From the human T2T-CHM13v2.0 reference genome, Homo sapiens, in the NCBI RefSeq assembly GCF_009914755.1, contig NC_060940.1: a stretch of 64,000 nt of DNA, one strand, 5' to 3'. The stretch's first letter is position 1. Each line of letters starts with the position of its first letter. The translations under genes and the position numbers were made by a program. Of this stretch, positions 25,140 to 40,191 are shown in pieces. A model generated the notes under the pieces. It was not told the origin of the DNA. It made no database searches and saw nothing but the letters and a program-made list of their open reading frames with translations.

Positions 25140-26900
25140 TTAATGAAACACCCATGACACAGGATACCATAAATAAAGAAATTTTGAGAGTGTATGAAGG
25201 GCCTTTTATAACTAAAAAGATAACAATTATTTTAAAGAATTAAATAAGCATAAGAGTTGGAAGATAAAATTAAGAACATCTCAGAGGAAGTAGAACCGAA
25301 AGACGAAGATACAGAACACAGAGATACATACATATGTTTAATTTGAGCATCCGTTCAAGATGTCCAGTATTTTCAGAATCCTCAAAAAAAAATAGAAGAG
25401 GGATTACAGAGGAAAGAAAATTATCAAAGAAAAAATAAAAGAAAAAATTCCGGGTTTGAAAAATATTATTTTTCGTATCAAAAGATGTCCTTTCTAACCC
25501 AGTGCTGAGAACAAAAAAGTGAAAAAAGCAGTCAAATCAGGATGTATCATCATCACATTTTAAAAGAAGGGGGGAAAGAGAAAATGTTTCAATGCTTTAA
25601 AAGAGAGAAACAGCAGATCATGTACAAAGCATTGGAAATCAGTATGACATTGGATTTTTCCACAGTAATGTTAGAAACTAGAAGACACTATAACAGTGAG
25701 TTAAAAATTCTGACTACTAATAATTTCCAGATTAGAATTCTATCCTCATTCAAACTATCGATCAAGTATAAAGGGGAGCCTAGATTTTTTCTTCAAATTT
25801 GCAAGTTTTCAGAAAGCTGTTGCACAATTTATTACACCAAAATGAAGGAGTAAACTAAAAGACAGAAATAATAACTTTTCTTTTTTAAAACTTGGCATTT
25901 TATTATTATTATTATACTTTAAGTTCTGGGTTACATTTGCAGAATGTACAGTTTTGTTACATAGGTATACATGTGCCCTGGTTGTTTGCTGCACCCACCA
26001 ACCCTTCACTTTCATTAGGTATTTCTCCTAATGTTACCCCTCCCCTAGCCCCCCACCCCCCAGCAGGCCTCCATGTGTGATGTTCCCCTCCCTGTGTCCA
26101 TGTGTTCTCATTGTTCAACTCCCGCATGAGTGAGAACATGTAGTGTTTGGTTTTCTGATCTTGTGATAGTTTGCTGAGAATGATGGTTTCCAGCTTCATC
26201 CATGCCCCTGCAAAGGACATGAACTCATCCTTTTTTATGGCTGCATAGTATTCCATGGTGTATATGTGCCACATTTTCTTAATGCAGTCTATCATTGATG
26301 GACATTTGGGTTGGTTCCAAGTCTTTGCTATAGAAATAATAAGTTTTCTAAAGAGGGGATTCAAGCAGAGAGAAGAGGCAAAGATAATAATCAGAAATCA
26401 TTTTGAAGAGAAGCCCCTAGATGACAGCTGGGAAGTAGGCCTAGAGGGCAACTAACCAGATTAGAGAAGGAAGATGGAGAGATTAGAGATAGAAATAAAG
26501 GGTTCCTAGCAAAGCAGTGGAACTAATAACCAGTAGAATAACAAATGTATTTGTCTGTGGGAAAAAGTGTTAAAAGGGTTTCTAGTGTTCTGTGGAGACT
26601 CTGAAGTAATTTATCCATAGGAAACTAAACAGATTTCAAAATGAGGCAACTCTCAACTCCAGGAAAAGCATAAAGTTATAGAACTAAGAAAAGATAGTCA
26701 AAATATACACCTTGACTCAATAGTGCACTTAAATGTACTGAGTCATTTAATGAACAAGTTATATTGTAAACATGGAATGTTCATTTAACTATATTTGAGA
26801 TGTAAATTTATTGGACGGGTTGGGGAGCAAAGTGGTGTTGGTGGTGCTATTCCTGCTGCTTTTCCTTTTTTAGCGCTAAATTCTCATTTACTGTAAAAAA
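25140..26900 (+). mobile_element. Old L1M(E) 5'/ORF1 region (approximate)
   Basis: A-rich decayed L1 ORF1-like sequence (KILTTNNFQIRIL..KLSIKYKG in ORF 25542-25853). Confidence 0.6.
25882..26331 (-). mobile_element. L1PA (about L1PA7) 3' end
   Basis: ORF2 tail ([16 protein letters not shown]) and 3'UTR; 18-bp TSD AGAAATAATAA(C/G)TTTTCT. Confidence 0.95.
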
Positions 26901-27471
26901 ACCTAATTTCTAAATTAAGAAATATATGCAGTCATATGAATATATTATCTATAAACCTAACTAAGTGTATAGAAGAAATAGCAAGAAGTTGTAAAATTTT
27001 TATTGTGCCTGGAGCAGGACTTGGGAAGGTTGGGAACATGGGAGGTTGCTTTTTGTCAGAAGATTTGTAATATAATTTAAAAATCTTTAGAACTAATTAT
27101 GTGTATTATTTTGTTAATAAAAATGAATTTTAAAATAGGTAAATGACATGAAGAGAGTGTTCCCAGACACAAATGCAAGTGAAAAAATGCTCAATCTGAG
27201 TCAAAATTAGAAAAATATGAATTATACTTAAAATGTGATATGTTAAACACATTAGGTTGAAAAAATTTTAAAGTTTGATAATATAATCAGGGACGGTATG
27301 GGTAAACAGTATTTTAAATTTTGGAAGTGTATTGATACAAACTCTCTGAGTAAAAATTAACACTGTTTGTCAAAATACGCTTTCATTTAGCATTTCTACA
27401 ATGAAGAATTTATCCTACAGATATTTTCTCATGTGTAAACAGAGATATATTGCAGTAAGAATATTTATTAT

Positions 27472-28176
<705 letters not shown>

Positions 28177-28199
28177 TCATTGATACCTCCATGTAACTT

Positions 28200-28550
28200 C
28201 TTCAATCAGCAGTCACTAAGTGTTCGTTGCGTGTCAGGCACTATTCTAGGCTTTGGAAATAAAGCAATAAACAAAACTAAGTCATCACCCTCATGGAACT
28301 TACATTCTCATGGGTGGAGAGAAACAATAAATAAACAAATAGGTCAAGCGATACAAAATGCTACAGAAAAAAATGAATTAAAAGTAGAAAGAAGGTGGTG
28401 GGAGATGGCAGCTATTTTACGAGAGTGGTTAAGGATGGCCTTTCTCATCAGGGAAGACTGGAGCAAAGATCTGGAGGACGTGGGAATGGAGAAAGCTGCA
28501 TTCCATGAAGAGGAAGCAGCAAGAGCCAAAGGCTCAAGGCAGGAGTGTGT
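28200..28550 (-). mobile_element. L2 fragment
   Basis: GTGTCAGGCACTATTCTAGGC..CCCTCATGGAACTTACATTCT. Confidence 0.7.
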
Positions 28551-28772
28551 GTAAAATACAAGATAATAATATGCAGATACTTAAAAAAGAATGAGGCAGA
28601 TCTGATATGGAATGATCTTGAACATATATCCTTAATAAAAATATGGGGGAAGAATAGTATTCTGCCATTTATGGAGAGAGAAAGGTAGAGACAGAGAAAG
28701 ACAAATGAGTGCTTATATGCGTGCATAGGTAGAACATCTCCGAAAAGATGAACAAGAAACTGGCAATAGTGA

Positions 28773-29180
<408 letters not shown>

Positions 29181-30049
29181 AACACCAACCTAATACTTTA
29201 AATGTAATATTTTGACTTTGATTTTTTTACAGGGTGCAGGTGTTTGCTATTTTTTAGAACATACCTATTTGAAAAAATGGTTAACGTTAGGAGAGAGGAA
29301 GAAACTATGCCTCCTTTCAACTGGTTTATACATTTAGGATTTTTTTAGTTTGGCAAGAGGCATTGAAATGTCTAGCAAATTTCATTCTTCTCTGTTCATA
29401 GGCAAATAATAAGTTTCGAAAAATTCAGGATAGGAACTACATGGGATTAGAGGCCACCCAGGACAATGAATGCAGATTTCAAGCTCTCCTGATATGGTTT
29501 CTCCACTCCATTCCCCATGGTCAGGTTGGCAGTTAATGTTGGGTGGTGAGATGCTAGGAAATAATCTCCATTTTGCATCTTATAAAATAGCTGTGGTAAC
29601 TCTTCTCTCTGGCCAGGTGATCCCTGTCTTAACTTTTGTTACCTTGAGGACTTCAGGGGCCATGGTTATTGGAATAAGTAGAAGTATTCAGCATATGGCG
29701 TGAGAATCTGGCTATGGTAGGTTTCCAATACCACTGTGGATATAAGAAGAGCAATGGTATCCATTTTTCTCTACCAAGAGCCAGGAAGCAATGGTACTCT
29801 GGACCTCAGTCTACAGCAAACATCTTTCAGGGTGGGGAGACAGCAACCTTGAAGCTTTAAGGACAAGAAGTCCATAGGTTATGTCTGGCAAGAGCGTTTT
29901 CTTCCGTGAAGGAAAATGAAGAGAAGTTCAATTCCAACCTTTTCCCAAACAGCCATGATCTGCTAGACACAAACACAAAGATTTGATTTTTAAATTAATA
30001 TTTAAATACATTTGGCATGAATTCATTCTTTTTATAAAAAGTTTGAGGG

Positions 30050-31530
30050 TAAATCCATCCAAATTAAAAATGTCTTCTCTGTGAAGGACCCCATTAAGAG
30101 GATGCAAAGACCAGCTCCAAACTGGGAGAAAATATTTGAAAACCACTATCTGGTAAAGAAGTAGTATCTGTAATCCATAAAGAATGCTCCAAACTCAAAA
30201 GTAAAAACAAGCAAACAATTCAATCAGAAAATGAGCAAAAGACAGGAAGAGACAGTTTACCAAAGAAGATATGCATGAAAAAGAAGCACAGGTAAAGATG
30301 AGAAATGTGAATTAAAATAACAATGCGATATCACTACATGCCTATCAGAATCGTTAAAATAAAAAGTAGTGGCAACACCAAATGTTAGCAAGGATGCAGA
30401 CATTAATAAATTCATAAGTTTCAGATGGGAATGTAAAATGGTACAGCCACTCTGGAAAACAGTTTGGTGTTTTTTACAGAAAATTAAACCTGCAAGAATC
30501 AGCAATTGTATTCTTGGGCATATCTGCCAGAGAAATTGAAATGGACATTCACACAAAAATCTTTACAGGAATGCTTATAGCAGCTTTATTCATAGTAGCC
30601 CCAAACGGAAGCAATCTAGATGCCCTTCAAGGGGGAAATGCTTAAACAAACTGTGGTATATCCATACCATGAAATAGTACTCAGCAAAGAAAAGGAACAA
30701 ACTGTGGTATATCCATACCATGAAATAGTACTCAGCAAAGAAAAGGAACAAACTGTGGTATATCCATACCATGAAATAGTACTCAGCAAAGAAAAGGAAC
30801 AAACTGTGGTATAGCCATACCATGAAATAGTACTCAGCAAAGAAAAGGAACAAACTGTGGTATAGCCATACCATGAAATAGTACTCAGCAAAGAAAAGGA
30901 ACAAACTGTGGTATATCCATACCATGAAATAGTACTCAGCAAAGAAAAGGAACAAACTGTGGTATATCCATACCATGAAATAGTACTCAGCAAAGAAAAG
31001 GAACAAACTGTGGTATATCCATACCATGAAATACTACTCAGCAATGAAAAGGAACAAACTACTGGTACACATAACAACTTGGATGAATCTCAAAGGAATT
31101 ATGCTGAGTGAAAAAAGGCAATCCAAAAATGCCACATACAATATGACTCCACTAATATCCTTGAAATGACAACATTAGATGAGTGGTGGCTAGGGATTAA
31201 GGATAGGGACAGGGCAAGAGGGAAGTGTGTGTGAGTAAGAAAGGACACCATAAGGAATCCTGTGGCAATGAAACCCTTCTGTACTGTGACGGTGCCCATG
31301 GATATATGAACCTACACATAATAAAAGTGCATAGAGCTAAATAGACACACACAAATGAGTACAAGTAAAATGGGAAATCTGAAGATCAGTAGATTATATT
31401 AATGTCAATATCCTGATTATGATATTATACTATAATTTTGCATAATGTTATCATTAGGAGAAACTGGATAAAGGGAGCACAGGATCTTTCTGTATTATTT
31501 CTTACAGATGTTAAAAATTAAAAGCTGAAA
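30050..31530 (+). mobile_element. L1MD-like 3' end hosting a VNTR
   Basis: Decayed ORF2 end and L1MD-type 3'UTR (GGATGAATCTCAAAGGAATTATGCTGAGTGAAAAAA...GGATCTTTCTGTATTATTTCTTACA). Confidence 0.85.
30648..31055 (+). repeat. Minisatellite, 8 x 51 bp (AAACTGTGGTATATCCATACCATGAAATAGTACTCAGCAAAGAAAAGGAAC)
   Basis: Units start at 30648, 30699, 30750, 30801, 30852, 30903, 30954 and 31005; no spacers. Confidence 0.99.
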
Positions 31531-32394
31531 TCCCAATGGTTTCCATCTGTAGTCATAGGATCTCCTCCACCTCACCCTGGAAGTGTCCACTTACTTTAAT
31601 GCGAGTTCTATGCTGGGAGAAGAAATGGCCCTTTGAATTCAGACAAGTCTGGATTCAAATTCTGATTCCACCACTCAGTAGCCTTGAGGGCGTAACTTAA
31701 TTTCTCTGCCTAGCTTCCTCTTCATAAAACAGGATCCAATAATAGTACTTAGCTTGTTCCAAGAATCTAATAAATTAATACATATCAGTTTCTTAGAAGT
31801 GTGTCTGGCACATACTAAATTCTCGATATTATTTTTATTATACACGTATCTTTGAAAACGTGTAGCATGATTTTCTTTGATGTGGATTGTTGTTTGTTTT
31901 ATACAAACGATGTTATGCTTCTATATCAGTCTGTTATTTGCTTTTTCCTTTCTGCAGCAATATGTTTTAGATTCCTTTCCATGTCAGTAAATATCAAACT
32001 GTCTCATTTTAATTGTTATTGTAATGTTTAATTACTTTGTAATTGCTGCATAGTATTCCATGGTATGGTTATATTTAAATTTATTTACCATTTCCCTACT
32101 GATGGATATCTAGTTTGTTTCTAATGTTTTACTATCTAAATTCATATGCGTGTCTCTCTGGGCTACATATGAGAAATAGAATAGCTAATTGACTGAATAC
32201 GGCTTTAACACTTTCAGATGATATGTTGAGAGTCAGTGCTATCTATAAACGATTCTGTGCCTTCCCCTCCAGCAATAATTTAAGGAATCTTCTTGCCACT
32301 TAAAATAAATCATTGATGTGTAATTCACATATTATAAAATTCATCCATTTCTGTACATTTACATAGAATTTGCAACCAGCACCATGACTTACTT

Positions 32395-33013
<619 letters not shown>

Positions 33014-33507
33014 TGCATTATTCTTTATGGTGCATTTTCACTGATGAAAATGACTCGCTAACTATGGTCCGTTACACCCTTAGTCTCAGTAGTTCTCCAC
33101 CATTGGAGTGAAACTCAATTATGAAATTTTCTTGGAGGGTGAAAATCCCCTCCTAGAAAAAAAAAAGACATGTATCTCCTGGATCTCCACACTACGAAAT
33201 TTCACTGACAGTGTTAGAATACTGAGAGCCGTGAAGCCTCTTCTACAAGCCTTGGTATTTCCATGCTCATGGGGAGGTCAGTACTACCTGAGACAGCCCA
33301 TTCCATCCTGGGAGCTCTATATCCTACAAGGTAATTCCTGCAGGTTGAAATCCAGGTTCTGGTGGCTTCCACTTATTCATCCTGTGGATTGAGATGTGGA
33401 ACAGAAGAAAAAGGAAGGATCAATCCCAAGAGTCAAATAGGATTCTATAGAAACGTGAATGGGAATGATTTTCATGCCTCTAGCAAACTCTCAGAAGGGG
33501 GAAATAG

Positions 33508-33828
<321 letters not shown>

Positions 33829-34134
33829 AGCAGAATTTGGACAGTCTTTTGTTTGAAAATCCTGGTTCTATCATATGCTAACTCTCTGGCTTTCAGGGCT
33901 TATTGGTAGCCTTTCTGAGCCTAAGTCTCTTTTGTCTGTAAAATTGAAAAATCTGGCACATCGTAGATGTTCTATCCTCAATGGTTTTAGATGGAAGGGA
34001 AAACCTCATGTGACAAAAGAAAGGACCTCATTCTAGAGGAGATGGAAAAGAGGTGGAGGGGAGGAAATTTCCACGTCTAGTAGCATTCTTCCAAATGAGA
34101 TGATCAAGTCTTTAATACAGAGAACCTTTGTAAA

Positions 34135-34800
34135 AAATTTTATAGACATTATTTTTTGGAGTAGTTAGGGGCTCAGAGCAAAACTGAGTAGAAGGTATAG
34201 AGTTCCCATATACCCTCTGTCCTATACACGCATAGCCTCCCCTGTCATTAACATCCCCCACCAGAGCGGCACGTCTGCTACAATTGATGAACCTACATTG
34301 ACACATCCCTGCATTCCAAGTCCAGGGTTCACTTTTGGTGTTGTACATTCTGAGGGTTTGGACCAATGTATAATGATGTGTATTTACCATGATAGTATCA
34401 TACAGAGTAGCTTCACTGCCCTAAAAATCCTCTGTCCTCCACTTATTCATCCCTCCCTCCTGCTATCCTCTGGCAACCCCTGAGCTGTTTACTCTCTCTG
34501 TAGTTTTACCTTTCCCAGAATTGTCATTGAGTTGGGATCATACAGAGTGTAGCCTTTTCAGATTGGCTTCTTTCACTTAGCCATATGCATTTAAGGGCCG
34601 TGTCTCTTTATGGCTTGATAACTCATTTCTTTTTAGTTCTAGATAGTAATCTATTGTTCATGGTAAAAGTGGAAAGCAGTTCACTATGTACATGTGTATC
34701 AAAATATTATGCTGTACATCTTAAATATATACATTTAAAAAAGAAAACATTTCATTGTCTGGATGTACCACAGTTTATTGATTCACCTACTGAAGGATAT
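34135..34800 (-). mobile_element. L1MC-like 3' end containing a small sense L1MA-like tail (~34660-34748)
   Basis: TACAATTGATGAACCTACATTGACACATC..GCCTTTTCAGATTGGCTTCTTTCACTTAG. Confidence 0.8.
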
Positions 34801-35028
34801 AGATATTTTATTGAATTAAATTAGGGCTCCATTTTACAGCCCAGGGACCATAGCATGGAATCAGCAGGTGGCAGCATTCCAGATCACTTGGAACTCAAAC
34901 AGGTCCTCTGATTAACCTAGGCTCACAATGATGTACTCCAAAGGATAGGTCTTAGGTCTCTAAAGTCCCAAAACCCACTGCATTAAGAGGTTAAAGAAAT
35001 AAAACTGATTTGCTGTGGAGGCTGCGAT
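34610..35028 (+). repeat. Donor copy of a local ~420-bp dispersed duplication
   Basis: Colinear, roughly 90% identical by eye to 37510-37930. Confidence 0.95.
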
Positions 35029-36799
35029 TGTCCTGGAAAATCACAATGCAATATCTCCACTGGCTATAATCACTGAGGAATTCCTTCTGCCCCTAAAGGG
35101 TTGGCACTCTTGCGTAGGATGGGTGCTCTTGCAAGATCTAATCCTGGAAATGCTCTCCATTCTCCATTCTTTTTTCCACTTACTTCTAAGGACAATACTG
35201 GGTCAGGCACCTGGCTTAAAGGAGTCTTTGAAGATCCCAACTGACAAGTGCAAAATATACGACTTGAAAAGAAAATCAGAATGCTTTGCCTTGGTTTGCT
35301 GAAGTGTGAAGTACATAGAACTTAAATACTATGTGGGTTTTTTCTAACCTTTTTTTTTTTCTGTAACTGAGCCAAAAACCAAAAGGGATTTTTTCTCTCT
35401 CTCTTTTTATAAGATACCAGGTGCACCAGAAGCAAGCATGCATTTTCTAAAACCAGTGAACCATGACATCAGAAGATTCTTAAGTCACGCCAGAACCAAA
35501 CCTGCATTTCATCTAATCTCTGATCTAAATTAGGCCTCAGACATGCAATTGTTTTACCCAGTTGCAATCCAACATGAAGTGTGTTTGTTGGGCCTGTCTA
35601 TCTCGGCTCAGTTGTGTTGTGGTCCAGTTCTGTCTCACTGGTTCTCTGCATCTGGGTGGCTGGCTGTCTTTGTCCCTCTGTGTTTCTACACTTTGTCTCT
35701 CTGCTTTTTGCTTTCAGTCTCTCTGTTATTCCGCCTGTGATCTTTCTCACTCTGCTGCTGCCCTTTTCTGAAGTGCTTTCAACACTAAGTCACGTTTAAG
35801 AGCACGTTTAAGATTTCAAGCTTAGGCTTGAAATCACCTCCTGCCTCTTTCTTCAGTCTCATCTGTCAACATGCTTAGAAGGGTATGTGGCTTGTAACAA
35901 GCATGTTACAGTCATTCACTATTATGATTCCCCACATTTGTGTAGCACTTTTCCAGGTAGTTTCTGAGATCAGCACGCTGGGTGACACCACAAAATGGAA
36001 AGAAAGGCTTTGGGAGAAAGAAGATTTCATGGGCTGATGAAAAGAAATACTTAGGTGACTTCTCTTGGCTGTGTGTGTCTTCTCATATCTTTCACAAGAG
36101 GCAGTCTGAGATATCTCAGGCAACTGCAGGGTATGCATGTGGCATATCTTGATTTTCGTAACACTTTGGCTGCTGAATCTCCATTCCGACCATGGCAATC
36201 TGTGAAAGCAAGAATATTGAGGAGAAAAGAGTAAAGAAAAGGGGAGACAACATGAGAGAGAACAGGAGTGGAGAAAGAGGATGAGAATTAAAGAGAGGGT
36301 AGAAAAGAGTTGATAAGAGTGACAATAAGAGGAAGAGAAGGCAAGAGATAGAGTGACATTCACTGAAACCATAGAGCAGTGTGTCCTGCTGAATAGAGTA
36401 AGTGAGATCAACATGAACCCTTGGAAAAAAGATGCTATAGCCCACATTATTGCTCCTTACATTAAATTGTACTAAATATAAGTCTATTATCTGCTTAACT
36501 TAGTCTTGGTATAATTCACTGTGCTGCTGTAGGCCTCAGTTTCCATCTGAGGTCTTGCCTTTGTAAGCAAAACTGTAGCTCTGTACAGCAGAGATTTAGC
36601 TCCTTCACAACTGAAAAAAGGCTAAAGAAAGGGAAAACAAGGCACTTGGTGTTACAGAGTTAGAGAGAAGAGATACTGAAGTATTATACTTGGAAGCAGC
36701 AAACAAAAATCAGTCCCCAACGAATCTATGCCGTGCCATCTGCAGTCAATATGCATTATTACAGTTACACAGATGGCTGGGTTCGGGGGGAGTTCCAAG

Positions 36800-36965
36800 C
36801 CAGTGGTTCTAGACCTTAGCAGTGCACTGTGATCACCTGAGAGCTTAAAAAACATCTCAGTGTCCAGGTTCCACCCTAGATCAATTAAAGGGTGGAATCC
36901 AGGAATCAATATTTTTGGAGGCCCCCAGGTGACTCCATTGTGCAGCTAAGGTTGCAGACCTCTGA
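36800..36965. mobile_element. MER5-like
   Basis: CAGTGGTTCT..ATCACCTG..CCCCAGGTGACTCC..GTGCAGC. Confidence 0.65.
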
Positions 36966-37376
36966 TCTTGGATAACCCTGGGAGCCAAGCAACAAAGTTT
37001 TTGAACTCTGTAACCTGACTGCAGGTAAAGTAGCTCAATAAATGACTGTACCTGTTGGGTAATAACGGTGGCAATTCAGGGACTGTCAGAGGACTATGAA
37101 AAGTCCATCTGTTTGGAATGATGCAGATTTAATCAAATGATATTCTTCAAAAGTGACTACCTCATTCTCAGACATTTGGTTTGCCCCGAGTGTCTGATGG
37201 TCCCGGTTTGCTGGTATCTGTTTATAGCCATCTGCTGCCAGTGATTGTGGAGGTGAGGAACAACGTGTTGCCAGCTGAGGTGTGCAGCAGGGCAGCTTTC
37301 CTACCTGGTTTTTTCCTGGGAGGAAAGGTATCTTCACCCCTGGGAGTAAAGGTACCTCGAACATCCTAAATACACC

Positions 37377-38241
37377 TGTTATGGATTAGTTGTGTCTTCC
37401 TAATATTCTTATGTTGAAGTCTTAACTCCCAGTGCCTTAGAATGTGATTGTTTTGGAAATAGACTCTTTGGAGCTGTGATTAGTTAAGATAAGGCCCTAC
37501 TGGAGTGTGATGACTTGACAGCTCCCTTCTTTTTAGTTCTAGATAACAATCTATTTTTCATGGTAAAAGTGGAAAGCATTCCATTATGTACATGTATATT
37601 AAAACATTATATTGTACACCTTAAATATATACATTTAAAAAAGAAAACATGTTTCATTGTCTGGATGTACCACAGTTTATTGATTCACCTACTGAAGGAT
37701 GTAGACCTTTTACTGAATTCAGTTGGGGCTCCATTTTACAGCCCAGGGACTACAGCATGGAATCAGCAGGTGGCGGCATTACAGATCACTTAGAGGTCAA
37801 ACAGTCCCTCTGATTAACCTAGGCTCACAATGATGTACTCCAAAGCATAGGTCTTAGGTCTCTAAAGTCCCAACACCCACTGCGTTAAGAGGTTAAAGAA
37901 ATAAAACCGATTTGCTGTGGAGGCTGCGATATGACTGGTGTCATATAAAATGGGGAAATTTGTACACAGAAATATGCACACACGGAGAACACTGTGTGAA
38001 GATAAAGGCAGAGACCATCTGCTTCTATTAATATAAACCAAGGAGCACCAAAGACTGCCTGCAAAGCACGAGAAGCTAAGGCAGAGGCCTGGAAGGGATT
38101 CTCTTACTCACAGCCTTAGAAGAAACCAATTTTGTTGACACCTTGATTTTGGCCCTCCAGAGCTGTGAGATGATAAATGTCTGGCTTTTAAGCAAAACAG
38201 GTCGTGGTACCTTGTTACAGCAGCCCTTGGAAACTAATACA
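37377..38241 (+). mobile_element. MLT1B/C MaLR solo LTR split by an insertion
   Basis: TGTTATGG...AAACTAATACA; 5-bp TSD AC(A/G)CC. Confidence 0.85.
37510..37930 (+). repeat. Derived copy of 34610-35028 inside the MLT1 LTR
   Basis: Direct sequence match; the LTR resumes at ATGACTGGTGTC. Confidence 0.95.
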
Positions 38242-40149
38242 ACGCCCCAGGATGGGAGAACAAATTCTGCCCACTGATGGGAACCAAATGGAGGCTTTCA
38301 GGCCTGGGGGAAGGTGTGCCCTGAACCAATCAGCTGGCCCCATTCCAAACCTGCTTCAAACTGATCACACAGATGTTTGCTCCTGATACCCTCGTGCTCA
38401 CTGTATCCACTGTTGGGGGATTGAAATACCCCAAGCAGGGCCAGCTCCACGGGTGTGTGACCTGTGCAGTCACACAGGGCCCACTCCTATTTTAATTCTC
38501 TGGTGTTGCCATCTTGAAATTCTTAATTTTTGAACAAGAGCCCAGCATTTTCACTTTGCACTGGGCCCCCCAAAATTGTGTGGCCATTCCTTTCCCCAAA
38601 TGTCTCACCAACTTTCCCTCTTTCGATCAGATCCCATCTACTTTGTCTGAATTTCTTATTGTGTCTGATCCACTGATGTCACCCCCTTCTTGCTTTCAGT
38701 GATATTTTTGTAGAAGTTTCCTTTTTAATACTATTGTTTCTGTTATTTGTAGGGATTTGGGGCAGGAGGGAATGGCAGACGGGCACTGTGTCAGCCATCT
38801 AAATTGAATAACCCAAAGCCAACAGGACTCTTATGCTCATTAGGTTGTTAGTCCTATCAGGGACGTTGGCTAGAGAATGGAGGAGAAGTTTATAAAAGAC
38901 TGTGTGAGCCTTGGCTTAGGTAGTACAGCTCTGGGACTCTGATGACCATGAGTAACTGAGAGTCTGGAGGGAGTGATACACTGCTTAGGACCCTTGAAGG
39001 CTTGAAGGTGGCTGGCTGTCTCTGTGTCATACTGGCATGGTGTTTTGCTAATCTGATCATTTTATTCACAGCTCCCCTTGAAATCCTGGCATAGGTTTCT
39101 ATTATTCCTGGGATGCTCTGACAAGTTGGGTCATTGTTCCCATTCTTTCCTCTTTCCCTGAATTAGAAATATGCACTCACACTCTTTGCCACGGTGCTCT
39201 ACGTCACGTCCCACTGTGGGCAACGTGACCTTCCCACCCCATTGACACTGGGTTAGCCATGTGACTTGCCTTGGCGGATGGAACTTGAATGGGATTGTCA
39301 ATGTGCCAGTTCCCAGCTGAGGCTGTAAGAAGCATTACGCATTTCCACTCACCTTCTTGCATTTCTACCATCTGCCATGAGAAAAACACACCCCACGTAG
39401 AAACTAGTCCAGAGAGAATGAGGAGACAGTCCCAATGCCCAGCCTGGATTCAAACCTAGCAGATTCCAGCTAAACCCAGAAGAGATACAGCCCCTCTACA
39501 AACCCATAAGCAGCGTTAATGTCCTTGTTTACAGAGGCCAGTGAGTTTGAGAGGTCTTTGCTATGCAGAATTATTGCTGCCAAAGCTGACTGATGAAGAA
39601 ATAATGTGATTTCTTTAGGTGGGCTTTCATGTCCTTTTCTGGTCTGGACCTTTCTATTTGCTCAGTCTTATCTCCTACCCCCCACCCTCTTCTTTGTCCA
39701 TTCTACACTCAGTTCAGATGTTCTATGTTCTCTCTCAGCTTTGAGCCAATAACACATTCTCTTCCTCCATCCCTGCCCTACTCAGGATCCTTTGACTTGG
39801 CTTTCTCGTTCTCACTCTCTAGCTCTCGGTCTAAGTGTCACTTCTACCAGTAAATCTTCCTTAAGGCACAGTAGGAAACACTAATGGCCCTGCAATGTAC
39901 TCTCTTTGTGCCGTGTTCTTCCACACCATAGCACTTAGGACAGTATTGTGTCACTGCTAATATGGTGGGGGAAATATATTGAGATATTTATTTGTATTTA
40001 ATTGCTGTAGAAGAATCAGGACGAATGAGAGGCAGCAATGCTTTGCTTTTTATACTCTGCCCCTCACTTGCACACAAACGAATCCCAAGGAGTCCATAGG
40101 GCCCCTCCCTTCCTCTGCCACTGTCATTTTAAAGCAAAAGCAGTATCTG

Positions 40150-40151
<2 letters not shown>

Positions 40152-40190
<39 letters not shown>
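40152..40190. repeat. (GT)19 microsatellite
   Basis: Direct reading. Confidence 0.97.

Positions 40191-40191
<1 letters not shown>

Noticed and set aside
30648-31055. CRISPR-like array
   Set aside because: Units are contiguous with no unique spacers, there are no cas genes, and the unit is L1-derived in a primate genome
30590-31111. Repeat-protein ORFs (MVWIYHSLFLFFAEYYF)n and related frames
   Set aside because: They arise because the 51-bp period is a multiple of 3; no promoter or splice support
35875-36447. 190-aa hydrophobic ORF
   Set aside because: Explained by the purine/pyrimidine skew; no domain or exon evidence
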